Positions 28,515 through 38,386 of a stretch of 64,000 nt of DNA are shown in pieces. The notes under the pieces are model-generated. The model was not told the DNA's origin. It saw only the letters and a program-made list of their open reading frames with translations, and made no database searches. Location of the stretch: the NCBI GenBank assembly GCA_963716985.1, contig OY970323.1, forward strand, positions 384,001 through 448,000. Reading direction: 5' to 3'. Source of the DNA: an uncultured bacterium (GTDB lineage: Bacteria; Chlamydiota; Chlamydiia; Chlamydiales; SM23-39). The stretch's first letter is position 1. Every line of letters starts with the position of its first letter. The position numbers and the translations under genes are program-made.

Positions 28515-29023
28515 TGAATCCACATAACTTTATATTGATGCCCCATGCATGGATGGGAGAAGGGACAATCGTTTTAAACATGGTAGAGGAGGAGTTGAAC
28601 TTCTTTACCAAATGGCATGTTCAAGAGAAAAATAGCATAGGGACCATTTCCTCGATTCAAGAAATTCAGATTGCGGGGATTTCCGAGGTGATGCGCAATG
28701 AACTGACTTTTTTCGACTTTTCTTCGAAAGGGTTTTCCGTAGAAATGGAAAATGCCAATATTGGAAAAGTGGTAGGCATTGGAGTGATGGATGACAATCT
28801 AATCGCTTGGGAATTCCGCCAAAACGATCTCAATTTTGAAGGCTTTGAGACCTACCATCTGTTGAAAGACGGAAGCTATAAAATGCATGCAGAATATGTG
28901 ACAAGCGATCAGTTTCGCACGCAAATCAACGGTCGTATTTGGATCCCTCCTAATGGCTTTATCAGCAAAGAGATGGGCCCAACCGAAGAGGGGGAAAGCG
29001 AAGAAGAAGGAGAAGAAGAGTGA
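28514..29023 (+). CDS. Conserved hypothetical protein (beta-rich, acidic tail)
   Basis: TGATG overlap with the rodA stop. Confidence 0.7.
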   Translation: MNPHNFILMPHAWMGEGTIVLNMVEEELNFFTKWHVQEKNSIGTISSIQEIQIAGISEVMRNELTFFDFSSKGFSVEMENANIGKVVGIGVMDDNLIAWEFRQNDLNFEGFETYHLLKDGSYKMHAEYVTSDQFRTQINGRIWIPPNGFISKEMGPTEEGESEEEGEEE

Positions 29024-29364
29024 AGCGATGGTTCTTTTTGATTTTTTGTTTGCTCGGCGCCTGCAATACCCACATGGTGAGTATGGACAGGTATCAGGAC
29101 GTTTCCTTGGGATTTACCGCAGCCGATTTGGAAGAGCGTTTTGGCAAGCCCTATGCAACCCATTCCAAAAGCAATGGTGCCGTGGAATATGAGTATATCG
29201 AAAGGATTACTGCAGCCGGCCGCGTCCTCGTTCTTCGCCACTATTTCTTTGTCATCCAAGACGGCAAGGTCACGTCAAAAAGAATGATGACCGACAAAGA
29301 GGTTCCCCTAGACGATCGCAATAGCTTTGATTTGCAGACGTCGAAAAACTCGCTTTCTTTCTAG
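29020..29364 (+). CDS. Small lipoprotein, SmpA/OmlA(BamE)-like
   Basis: Lipobox LLGAC; G.T..DL..RFGKP ... YEY. Confidence 0.7.
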   Translation: MKRWFFLIFCLLGACNTHMVSMDRYQDVSLGFTAADLEERFGKPYATHSKSNGAVEYEYIERITAAGRVLVLRHYFFVIQDGKVTSKRMMTDKEVPLDDRNSFDLQTSKNSLSF

Positions 29365-29567
29365 AGGGATTGAAAAGAAGTTTAGGGAAGCTTCAGCGTT
29401 TGTGCCGAACCTAATCAACATTTGGCTTTGCATTCTCATTCGGCCTCTTTCACAATTCCCACACTCATCCCTGCTGAATCGTCAGTTTTTCTGACCGAGC
29501 TGAGTCTCTCCAGCTTCTTTGGGGGGCCTCTTCTAATTCGTAACCGTCTAATCTACCCATCTTTTTC

Positions 29568-30315
29568 CTATTTCTGAGTAAATTCTTTGGCGTATTTAGA
29601 GGTAATAGCATCGATTTCTTGCTCTACTTTCTGAATCATTTCTCCAATGTAACAAATGTGGTTCAGCGACTGCCGAATCAAAAAACTATGATGTTTCGTA
29701 ACCCGTCCGGTTAAAGCTCTGACACAATCTTCTTTGGAGTGCTTGACTCTACCATTGACGTGTTCTGTAAGTTTCTTAGGATCCGTGATCCCTTTGGCAA
29801 GATCTTCGATAATTCGACTCCCGCTTTCTCCAAAAACGTCAGAGAGAACTGAGGAAAGCTTGATATTCGCCGTTTCTAATACTTTGATAATCCTGTTTTT
29901 TTCGGAAGCCATGACAGCCACAAGCTTACTGCGATAACGAGTAAAATCTCGAAGATTGCGCATATCTTCAGGAGGGATAAAGTTTTTCTCAAGAAGTCCA
30001 TTTTTCAGCAGCTTGCACAACCATTCACTATCCTTCATGTCTGTTTTATGTCCTGGCACGTTTTTAACATGCCGTGCATTGACCAGCATAAAATCGAAGT
30101 TCTCTTCTGCCAAAACGTTAAAAACAGGTTTCCAGTACACACCCGTGCTCTCAATTGCTACATGAATAATTTCGTGTTCCTTGAGCCATGCGCCAAGAGC
30201 CTGAATGCCATCAGTAAAAGTTGAGAATTCTCTGATTTCCTTATAGAGCTGTTTGCCATGACTCTTCATAATGCAGGCGGTCAAACTCTCTTGATGAACA
30301 TCAATACCAGCAACT
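29568..30315 (-). pseudogene. Truncated IS110-family recombinase (DEDD domain only)
   Basis: GIDVH, IESTGVYW, KTDMKD; start lost at the adjacent MITE; C-terminal domain missing. Confidence 0.88.
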
Positions 30316-30418
30316 GCTCATAAAGTTGAGGTAAATCCCAATTTTTGGGCTTTAAGCAACGGTTTATCCATAGAGGACGGAAGCGTTCAAAAAAAGTTTA
30401 CGCCTCAACTTTATGAGC
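30316..30418. mobile_element. 103-bp MITE-like element with 16-bp IRs
   Basis: GCTCATAAAGTTGAGG ... CCTCAACTTTATGAGC; same end also occurs at 933-950; no clear TSD. Confidence 0.65.
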
Positions 30419-30558
30419 TCCTCACCGGGACTGTGTCTCTGGCAACATCTAAAAATAAGTGAGGTCACAAGAATACGGTAAAACCCCCAAAAAATGACAA
30501 ACCTCTGTAGAATGATCGACGCGATTATTTGAAACAACATCAACTAAAGAGGTTTGTC

Positions 30559-31986
30559 ATGAAAAAAAATACCAAAAAATATCCAAAAACTCAACCTGCA
30601 TCTGCATCTAATTTTAGATTGGCTCCCATAAATCCGTGTGTTGCCGGTATAGACATTGGAGCCAGCTCTGTATTCATTTGTATCGGTTTTCCCGATGGGC
30701 ACCAAGAAATACGCGAGTATTTAACCTTCACAGAGGATCTCAAGAACATGCTGTCCTGGATCCAACAGAATGAGATCCGGAGCGTAGCAATGGAATCTAC
30801 CGGAGTATACTGGATTCCGGTTTACGATATCTTGGCTCAGGCAGGGATAGATGTCATATTGGTAAATGCATATTACCTCAAAACAGTCCCGGGTAGAAAA
30901 ACCGATGTAAAAGATTGCCAATGGATCCAACAATTACACGCCTACGGATTACTTAGAGGATCATTTCGTCCCGATGATGAAGGAGTCATACTTCGCGGAT
31001 ATGTGAGGCAGAGAAGCCGTTTATTTGAATTGGCCTCTCAGCAGGTGCAATTGATGCACAAAGCCCTCGTGCAAATGAATCTCCAACTCAATCACGTAGT
31101 GAGTGACATTACGGGCGCTACAGGCATGAATATTATACGAGCGATTGTCTCTGGAGAACGATCTCCCTTAGTCTTAGCAAAATATCGAGATCCTCGATGC
31201 AAAAAAGATGAAAAAGAAATTGCAAAAGCTCTCGATGGCAACTATCGAGAGGAACATCTACTGGCGCTGAAACACGCTCTTGCAGCTTATGATTTTTTCC
31301 ATCAACAGGCTTTGGAGTGCGAAGAGGCTATAGAGCAAGTACTGAAGAAATGGGAAGAAGCGCAACCGAAAAAAAATATGCCGGCTCCAAGATCGACTCC
31401 TGCAGAACATTCAAGTAAAAATGGGCGAGGAACACAGAAAAAGACGAAATACAACCTCAGTCCATATCACTTTGAAGCAGAAGGTTCTCTCGAAAGAATT
31501 CTTCACGTCAACTTGACTGACATTCCCGGACTGGACGTGAATGGGATTATAAAAATTCTAGGAGAGATTGGCATGGATATGTCCAAATGGCCGAGTGCGA
31601 AACATTTCGCTTCTTGGCTTGGGCTTTGTCCCGGCAACAAGATTTCCGGTGGCAAGATTTTGAGCGGCAAGACCAAGCCAACTGCCAACAGGGCAGCACA
31701 AGCATTACGCTTAGCAGCCAATGCCCTTTACCGCTCCAAAACAGCCCTTGGCGCCTATTTTCGTAGGATGCGAGCAAGACTCGGTGCTCCAAAAGCGATC
31801 ACAGCGGCAGCACATAAACTTGCAAAAATTCTGTATACGATGCTGAAAGAGCGCAAAAATTTTACAGAAGTTGGACAAGCTGCATACGAACAGGCATATA
31901 AAGAAAGACAGCTATTGTCATTGCAGAAACGAGCACGAGAACTAGGATATGGGCTAGTGCTCTGTCACCCTTTAATTTTAGGATAA
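30559..31986 (+). CDS. IS110-family recombinase/transposase, full length; C-terminus altered by a MITE (native stop at 32066)
   Basis: GIDIG, MESTGVYW, KTDVKD (DEDD) and WLGLCP..ISGGK (serine domain), A.AHKL. Confidence 0.93.
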   Translation: MKKNTKKYPKTQPASASNFRLAPINPCVAGIDIGASSVFICIGFPDGHQEIREYLTFTEDLKNMLSWIQQNEIRSVAMESTGVYWIPVYDILAQAGIDVILVNAYYLKTVPGRKTDVKDCQWIQQLHAYGLLRGSFRPDDEGVILRGYVRQRSRLFELASQQVQLMHKALVQMNLQLNHVVSDITGATGMNIIRAIVSGERSPLVLAKYRDPRCKKDEKEIAKALDGNYREEHLLALKHALAAYDFFHQQALECEEAIEQVLKKWEEAQPKKNMPAPRSTPAEHSSKNGRGTQKKTKYNLSPYHFEAEGSLERILHVNLTDIPGLDVNGIIKILGEIGMDMSKWPSAKHFASWLGLCPGNKISGGKILSGKTKPTANRAAQALRLAANALYRSKTALGAYFRRMRARLGAPKAITAAAHKLAKILYTMLKERKNFTEVGQAAYEQAYKERQLLSLQKRARELGYGLVLCHPLILG

Positions 31987-32051
31987 ATTGACTTGAGTTT
32001 ATGCCGACCGTTGCCAAACTTATAATCCTAAATTTTAACTATGACAGAGCA
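31958..32051. mobile_element. 94-bp MITE, copy 1, CTAG duplication
   Basis: TGCTCTGTCA...TGACAGAGCA flanked by CTAG; nearly identical to 32790-32883. Confidence 0.9.
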
Positions 32052-32462
32052 CTAGTAGCTTGCTAAAAACAAAAATCAACTAAAACTTACAGGTAATCAA
32101 GCAAACTTTCAACGACTTTAAAGGCCGGAAATGCATTGGTGCTAAACGCCCGATTATGAGCTTGGTCTGCATCATCACCGATAACATCATTGGTGAGATC
32201 GTTTGTCGTAAGACCGACGATCATCCCGTTTTAGAAGAGTGCGCAGTATAGAGTGATGAGCAAGTTTAAAGAAAGTTTGTGTAACCATGGACAGGAGACC
32301 CACATGTGAACTTATTTAGAAGCAGTTGCCAATACCACAACATTTTTCTAAAAGCTCTTGCATAAATCCCTCCTGTTAAGATTGGAAGGAATATATTACT
32401 ATTTGTTGATCTTGGATCCAAGAGGGCTTTTCATGGATTATTGTGAGGCGACGAAGACGCAC

Positions 32463-32726
32463 TCATGGGCGTTTTAATAGAACAACTTTCATTCCCTGAC
32501 ATTCGATAGCAACGCCTGGGTCCGTCTTAGTTTCTTCATAGAGCTCTTGAAAAGAGTCGCGTGTTATCTGAGATTTTTCAGGGAAGCGCTTATCCCAATA
32601 CAGGAAAGAATTGTAATTTACCTGCTGCTCACGACACCAACGCGCCATGCTTAATCCGCTAATGCGTTGCGTCTGCACTTTTTCTTGCCAGATGCGTCTT
32701 TTTTCTTCTGGGAACGGTCTTGGCAT
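32463..32726 (-). pseudogene. tnpA: IS66 accessory protein TnpA (probably truncated)
   Basis: W...V...R.SGLSMARWCREQQV...F.YW motif; AAAGGAG SD; no tnpB or tnpC follows. Confidence 0.8.
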
Positions 32727-32789
32727 AACACTCCTTTGGTTAAGAAAAACCAGAGTGCCATGACGAAGGAAAACAAAAAAGATGGCTAG

Positions 32790-32883
32790 TGCTCTGTCAC
32801 CCTCTAATTTTAGGATAAATTGACTTGAGTTTATGCCGACCGTTGCCAAACTTATAATCCTAAATTTTAACTATGACAGAGCA
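32790..32883. mobile_element. 94-bp MITE, copy 2, CTAG duplication, inserted in the IS66 end
   Basis: Same IRs and body as 31958-32051. Confidence 0.9.
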
Positions 32884-34557
32884 CTAGATTAGACGATTAC
32901 TTTAATTCTTAACGGAAACCAATAGTTGGTATATTCCAAAAATATTCGCTGCACAGCACACTGTGTCTTTTTATCGATATTGCGCTTAGCCTCATCCCCC
33001 AACAGTTCGGAAAACACTTCAGGAAACGTTATATCTATAAATTGGTCCTGTGTTACCATGATCGCTAACGCAACGGCAGCTTCAGGGCGAAAAGCAAAAA
33101 AAGCACTATATTCTGGTTCATCTACTTTCGCTTTCAAGTCATTAGCCAGTTGAAGAAATTTTTTGTCATCTACTTTTGGCTCCAAGCCTTTAACCCGTTG
33201 TTGAAGATAGACTTTAGCCCGTTGAAGAAAGTCGTCAACGCGTTTAAGAATTTGTCTCGCCACGTTCAAAACAACATCACAATCAACCTCCAGTTTCTCA
33301 CGTTTAATGTATTCCGCAGCTTTATAACGAACTAAATCCAAAATTACTGACACAACAAAATCTCCTCGTTATTAATATATTATTATAACAAAAAACTATT
33401 TAATTAACAATAAACTATTAGTTTGTTTTTTAATATAAATAAACAATTTTGGTATACAAGTTTTTTATTATCAATATGATGCATTCTGGACAAATCCAGG
33501 CAACAGATCTAAATTGCTTATTTACATTCACTTATTAAGAAGTTTGTGTGTTGATTTTATGGCCAATATATTAAGATCCTAATCTTGTATTATTTCTGAA
33601 TATTAATAATTCAAGTTGTTGATGACGATTGATTTACGCAACAATTCTATCAACCGTCAGGTAAATGCCTGATCCTTTCCCACCTCTTGGAAACGATCAC
33701 GAAAGTGGACCCACCTTCGATCACATGAGTGATACCACTTGGAGATTCCATTTTTGGATCCCCCCCCCTCGATCACTTGAGTGATACCATTTGGAGATTT
33801 CATTTTCCGATCCCCGCCTTCGATCATGAAGGTGAGACCACCATAAAATTGACAATGCTCTTAATTTATACCTAATTTTGGGTTATTTCTTAATCTATTT
33901 TCGCCACCTTTTTGGGTTTCACATAAGATCTTTTTTTGAACTCTTCTAAACGATAACTTTTCCCCTCAATCACGACCTGTATACCTTTGTGTACTAAACG
34001 GTCTAAAGATGCCATGGCTAGAATAGGATTTGGAAAACAGCTTCCCCATTCATTGAAGTCTCGATTACTTGTGATAATCAAAGAACTTTTTTCATATTTC
34101 TCGGAGATGATTTTGTAAAGCTCACTTTGCTCCGTTTCATTGAAGGATTCTAAGCAAAAATCATCTAAAATGATAAGGGGTGTCTTGATGATGTTTCCCA
34201 TTCTTTTTTGATAACTGCCATCCCCCTTTCCATATTGAAGCCAATCAAAAAGTTGTCTCATTCCAAAAAAAATCACTTCAAAACCACGTCGACAGGCTTC
34301 GTATCCAAGTGACTGAGCTAAATGGCTTTTCCCAACACCACTAGGACCTAAAATAAAGATGTTCTGCTTTTGCAAAACAAAGTCACATCCTCCTAACTCT
34401 TTTAAAAAAGCAGCCTGGATTTTTTCATTAAAGCTAAAGTCAAATGTTTCCAGTGTCTTGCTTGGATCTAGGTGACTCTTGGCCAAGCGTTTAATTAATT
34501 GGTTATTTAGCCTGTTATCTACCTCATCAGTTATCAACATGTCTAAAAATCCATAGT

Positions 34558-36502
34558 GTGCGCTGGGCAGCGTGTAAATCAGGGGGGTTAAAGTCCCTCT
34601 CAGCGAGAGACCACTCGCTGATATCTAAAAGTGGGATTAGGCGTCTCACTGGCTAGACATGGTCTAGAGGACAGGGTGTCCACTGTGAAGTGGGATCCGA
34701 AGGGTATGAGGAGAATCACCGGGTTGTAATCGATGGAGAAATCCAAGGATAAATCGGTCGGCCAAAGATAGGAAATGGTTGAGCGGGCACTATAACCGCG
34801 AAAGCATATGGCTCCAACCTATCGTACCAAGGTGTTTGCGAGCGACACGGTGAGGAAGATTTACATGTGACCCCAGGAGAACTTTCTGGATCTTCGGAAG
34901 AAACAACCGAAGTAAGTAACTCTATAAGCGAAAGTGAAATGAGAAACGATGTCCAGGAAGTAGTCGGAGGACGTTTTAGTATCTATCAAGCGTGGAGATA
35001 ATCCATGTGACCTGAAAAGGCAGGTGTTTGACCTGGAGAAGAAACGTCCATGAATGATGTCGAGTGAGAGAAAACGCAAACAGAAAAGAAAGTATTGCGA
35101 AGATGGAAAATTCCCTATGTGAAAAACCCGAACGTCGCGATGCAAGGAGACTGTCTGACCATCTTAAACTCGACGGTAAGAAGAAGGTTCACTCATTAGT
35201 GGACAAAGTTTACCAACGAACAAATCTCAAGATAGCATGGAAACGTGTCAAAGCCAATCGAGGAGCTGGCGGGATAGATGGCGTTACAGTCAAGGAGTTT
35301 GAAAAAGATTTAGAAGCCAACTTAGAGCGACTACATCAAGAACTTCAAGAAGGACGATATCAACCACAGCCGGTAAGGCGACTGGAGATTCCAAAAAGAG
35401 GCGATCCTGGAAAGACAAGGCCATTGGGAATACCTGCAATTTTCGACAGGGTATGTCAACAAGCGCTTGTCAATCGTATAGAACCCATCTTCGAAGAAGT
35501 ATTCGACGCAAGTAGCTTCGGATACCGAAAAGGAAGACAGACAAGGGATGCTCTAAAGAAAATTTGGCACGAAATCGAGGAAGGCAACGAGTGGATCGTA
35601 GATGCAGATCTAAAGGACTATTTTGGATCAGTTGATCACGAAAAGCTCCTGACACTCGTGGCTCAAAGAATATCAGACGGCAGAGTATTAAAGCTGATAC
35701 AGCAAATGCTTGAAGCTGGGTACGTTGAGCAAGGAAAGCTTTTCCCAACATCACGAGGTACGCCCCAGGGCGGGGTAATTTCACCCTGCCTTAGCAATGT
35801 GCTTCTCACTCCTTTCGATAAGGAAATGAGGCGCAAAGGATATCGACTCACAAGGTGGGCCGATGATTGGGTGGTGACTTGTCGAACAAAAGCAGAAGCA
35901 GAGCAGGCTTTAGCAACGGCTACCAAGATACTTCAGAAGCTAGGCGTGACCCTCAACGCGAAGAAAACTCGCATTGTGAATATCAAGCAAGGCTTTGAAT
36001 TTCTGGGTTTCAAGATCAAGCAAGGAAAGGGAGTCTTGCGACTTCCTGCAAGCAAGATCAAGGCTAAACTAAATAAGCGCAACTTACTTGCGATTCCGAA
36101 AGACAAAACGGTAGCTCGCTTCAAAGATGCTGTTCGACAGAAAACGCGAAGGAAATCCCCGCTTACGACAGAGGAAATAGTCAAAGAACTCAATCCACTG
36201 ATTCGAGGCTGGGGAAATTATTACAAGCGGTCGCATGTTCGGGGATTGTTCAATCAGTTGGATGCATGGATCATTCGAAGGCTCTGGTCGCAACGAAACA
36301 AAAAGTGGCGAACAAATGGTTGGAGAACGCTCTCTACGCAACATCTGCGAGAAAATCTGAAATTGGTAAGTTTGGTCTGGCTAATACCCTCTCTTCAAGC
36401 GGCGAAAGCACGTTCATGAAAGCTGTATGCGGGAAAACTGCACGTACAGTTTGAGCGGCGGACGGAGGCAAGCTCTTAAATGAGCGTCTCCTCCGACCCA
36501 AC
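34558..36502 (+). mobile_element. Full-length group II intron
   Basis: 5' GTGCG; domain V AAGCTGTATGCGGGAAAACTGCACGTACAGTTT near 36420-36453; 3' ACCCAAC; exact in-frame restoration of istB. Confidence 0.93.
35064..36419 (+). CDS. ltrA: Group II intron reverse transcriptase/maturase, no endonuclease domain
   Basis: GAGGIDG, RPLGIP, GTPQGGVISP, WADD, FLGF, LNPLIRGWGNYY; start may be ATG at 35103. Confidence 0.93.
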   Translation: MRENANRKESIAKMENSLCEKPERRDARRLSDHLKLDGKKKVHSLVDKVYQRTNLKIAWKRVKANRGAGGIDGVTVKEFEKDLEANLERLHQELQEGRYQPQPVRRLEIPKRGDPGKTRPLGIPAIFDRVCQQALVNRIEPIFEEVFDASSFGYRKGRQTRDALKKIWHEIEEGNEWIVDADLKDYFGSVDHEKLLTLVAQRISDGRVLKLIQQMLEAGYVEQGKLFPTSRGTPQGGVISPCLSNVLLTPFDKEMRRKGYRLTRWADDWVVTCRTKAEAEQALATATKILQKLGVTLNAKKTRIVNIKQGFEFLGFKIKQGKGVLRLPASKIKAKLNKRNLLAIPKDKTVARFKDAVRQKTRRKSPLTTEEIVKELNPLIRGWGNYYKRSHVRGLFNQLDAWIIRRLWSQRNKKWRTNGWRTLSTQHLRENLKLVSLVWLIPSLQAAKARS

Positions 36503-36703
36503 AGGACCATTTCTGAGATCCTGCTTGCCTTAATTTTTCCTCAAGTGCCACTGCGACTCCTGATAATTTTAATTTCTTGAGTTTCTGTTGTATAAGTTGT
36601 AGATCTTCCATAAATCTCCTTGGGTTTTACGGCAGCTCTTGCTTTATCCTTCCTCATCCTGTAAGGTAAAAAAAGGGAAAAAAAAGAAGCCGGCCGTGTT
36701 TTT

Positions 36704-38386
36704 TTAATCGCGGCCAGCTTTTTCTATTTCTTGACAAAGCTGATCCATCTGTATCATTTGCGAACATGTTTTTGCCATCCCATTTCCATGAGATGAAAAT
36801 GGATGTTTTTTCTTTAAAATTTCTTCAAAAGTATTTTTCTCGAGATTATTCCCATATTCGTTAAAGCCTCTGAAGAAACGATAGTTTTTTATTTCTAAAA
36901 TCTTTCCCTTTTCTTCCATGATTTTGTCTTCTAAATTCTCTCTCAAAATGCGAGAAATGCTGACATAAGAAAAAGTCTTGTAATAGCAGGCTCGCTGACA
37001 TGCTTTTTCCAAGCGATCTTCCGAGTATTTCAAGCTCAACCTCAAAATATAACGAATGGGTTTCAACTTATTGATCTTTTTGTCTTCCAAAAGTGTTTGC
37101 ACAACTTTTTTTGTAAAAGGTCCTATTTCTTCTGCCATGCAAAGCAATCCTTGTCGAGAACATTGCAAAACAGTTTCCTTATCCGGAGGGGCATGCTCTT
37201 TCTTGCGAACATACTCCCACTTCTTCGAGGCTTTTTGGTGAAGAGCTATTTCTTGATGTGAGTAAAATATTTTCACAAAAGATTCAGTAGCGCAAACAAG
37301 GACTTTTTTTCCTATATATTCATAGGGAACAGAATAGTAAGCACTTTGGAAGCTAATCCTCCATTCTTTGTGAACAGTGCATTCTGCCCATGTTGTTTGC
37401 TCCCATCTTAAAAGAGGTAATGGCTTTAGAAGTTTTTGTTCCTCCTGAAAGAGCTCTCTTGGAGATCTTCCAACTTTTTGTATTATGTGAATATCGGCAA
37501 CTTCATCTCCCCATTTCTCTAGAGCCTTTTCCAAGTCAGCTATGGTAAGTTCTTGTCCTTTCTCTTTCTGACTTGCTTTGAAAAATGGAAGAAAATTGTT
37601 CTTCACATACTTCATGTCCGACTCGACTCCTCCCTTATGTTCCGGAGTGTAGGGAAGGCAGGGGTCAATGATAAATTGGTAATGGCGTGCCAAATCCTGA
37701 TAGGATGTCTGAATTTTTTCATTATCAATGGTGCTTTTAATAACTCCAGCTTTGAGGTTATCCAGGCATACCTGCACAGGAACTCCACGAAAAAATTCAA
37801 ATGCCAGAATGTGGCACAAGAAAAAAACATCCATTTTTTGATGAAACACAATTTTTCTAAAAGCTCTTCTGGAATAGCGAAGTCTTCCTGAAAAAATCCA
37901 AGTTTTTCTTAAAATCCGCCCTTCATCTAAAAAAAATCCCAAAAAGCCAAAATCTACTTCCATGACTTCTCCCGGAACAGCGGTTCGAATCATCACCGGA
38001 TCAGGAATGTTGGGGAAATTTTTTCTGATATATCTTCTTATTGCTTGAACGTCACAAGAACACTCTTTTTTAAGGAGGTCACAAATGACTACCGCAGAAA
38101 GCCCCTCTTTCTCCCATTCTTTGATTTTGTCATGATAAGGTTTAAGCACATGAGGTTTTCCAATTTCCGGAAAAGCTTGTTGAGTTTTGCTTATTAGCTC
38201 CTGCATGTTGGGTAATGACGTATCTGGATCTAACCAATGATGTTTTTTGGCTAGAACAGATACTTCTCGAACAGTCTTTCTTCGAACATGCATTTCTTTG
38301 CTGATTTTTCGGAAAGATTGTTGCTGTTTTAACCTGACAAGAATTTGTAATCCTTTTTCCACCATATAAATTATTTTGCTCCTCAT
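36704..38386 (-). CDS. istA: IS21 transposase IstA
   Basis: PGEVMEVDFG, DNLKAGV, PEHKGGVE, YSVP motifs. Confidence 0.93.
   Translation of the reverse strand: MRSKIIYMVEKGLQILVRLKQQQSFRKISKEMHVRRKTVREVSVLAKKHHWLDPDTSLPNMQELISKTQQAFPEIGKPHVLKPYHDKIKEWEKEGLSAVVICDLLKKECSCDVQAIRRYIRKNFPNIPDPVMIRTAVPGEVMEVDFGFLGFFLDEGRILRKTWIFSGRLRYSRRAFRKIVFHQKMDVFFLCHILAFEFFRGVPVQVCLDNLKAGVIKSTIDNEKIQTSYQDLARHYQFIIDPCLPYTPEHKGGVESDMKYVKNNFLPFFKASQKEKGQELTIADLEKALEKWGDEVADIHIIQKVGRSPRELFQEEQKLLKPLPLLRWEQTTWAECTVHKEWRISFQSAYYSVPYEYIGKKVLVCATESFVKIFYSHQEIALHQKASKKWEYVRKKEHAPPDKETVLQCSRQGLLCMAEEIGPFTKKVVQTLLEDKKINKLKPIRYILRLSLKYSEDRLEKACQRACYYKTFSYVSISRILRENLEDKIMEEKGKILEIKNYRFFRGFNEYGNNLEKNTFEEILKKKHPFSSHGNGMAKTCSQMIQMDQLCQEIEKAGRD

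Larger units (their letters stand above)
29540..32900 (-). mobile_element. IS66-derived non-autonomous shell carrying other IS fragments
   Basis: Inverted ends GTAACCGTCTAATCTACCCATCTTTTT (29540+) and GTAATCGTCTAATCTAG/CCATCTTTTT (32900-, split by a MITE); 8-bp TSD TCTAATTC/TTTAATTC; tnpA inside. Confidence 0.8.
29436..33353 (-). pseudogene. Hypothetical gene split by the IS66 shell (N-part 32901-33353, C-part 29436-29531)
   Basis: Removing 29540-32900 plus one TSD extends ..YWFPLRI in frame to RGPPKKLERLSSVRKTDDSAGMSVGIVKEAE-stop. Confidence 0.7.
33890..36611 (-). pseudogene. istB: IstB ATPase interrupted by an antisense group II intron (parts 36503-36611 and 33890-34557)
   Basis: GPSGVGKSHLA, ILDDF, ITSN, LDRLVH; intron removal restores ..QKWSYYGFLDMLITDE.. 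Confidence 0.92.

Noticed and set aside
33700..33850. Tandem repeats resembling a mini CRISPR array (also 38454-38640)
   Set aside because: No unique spacers and no cas genes; they are the inverted subterminal repeats of the IS21
35064..36419. RT as part of a retron, DGR or defence system
   Set aside because: It is embedded in a complete group II intron with a maturase domain; no msr/msd or TR/VR pair is seen
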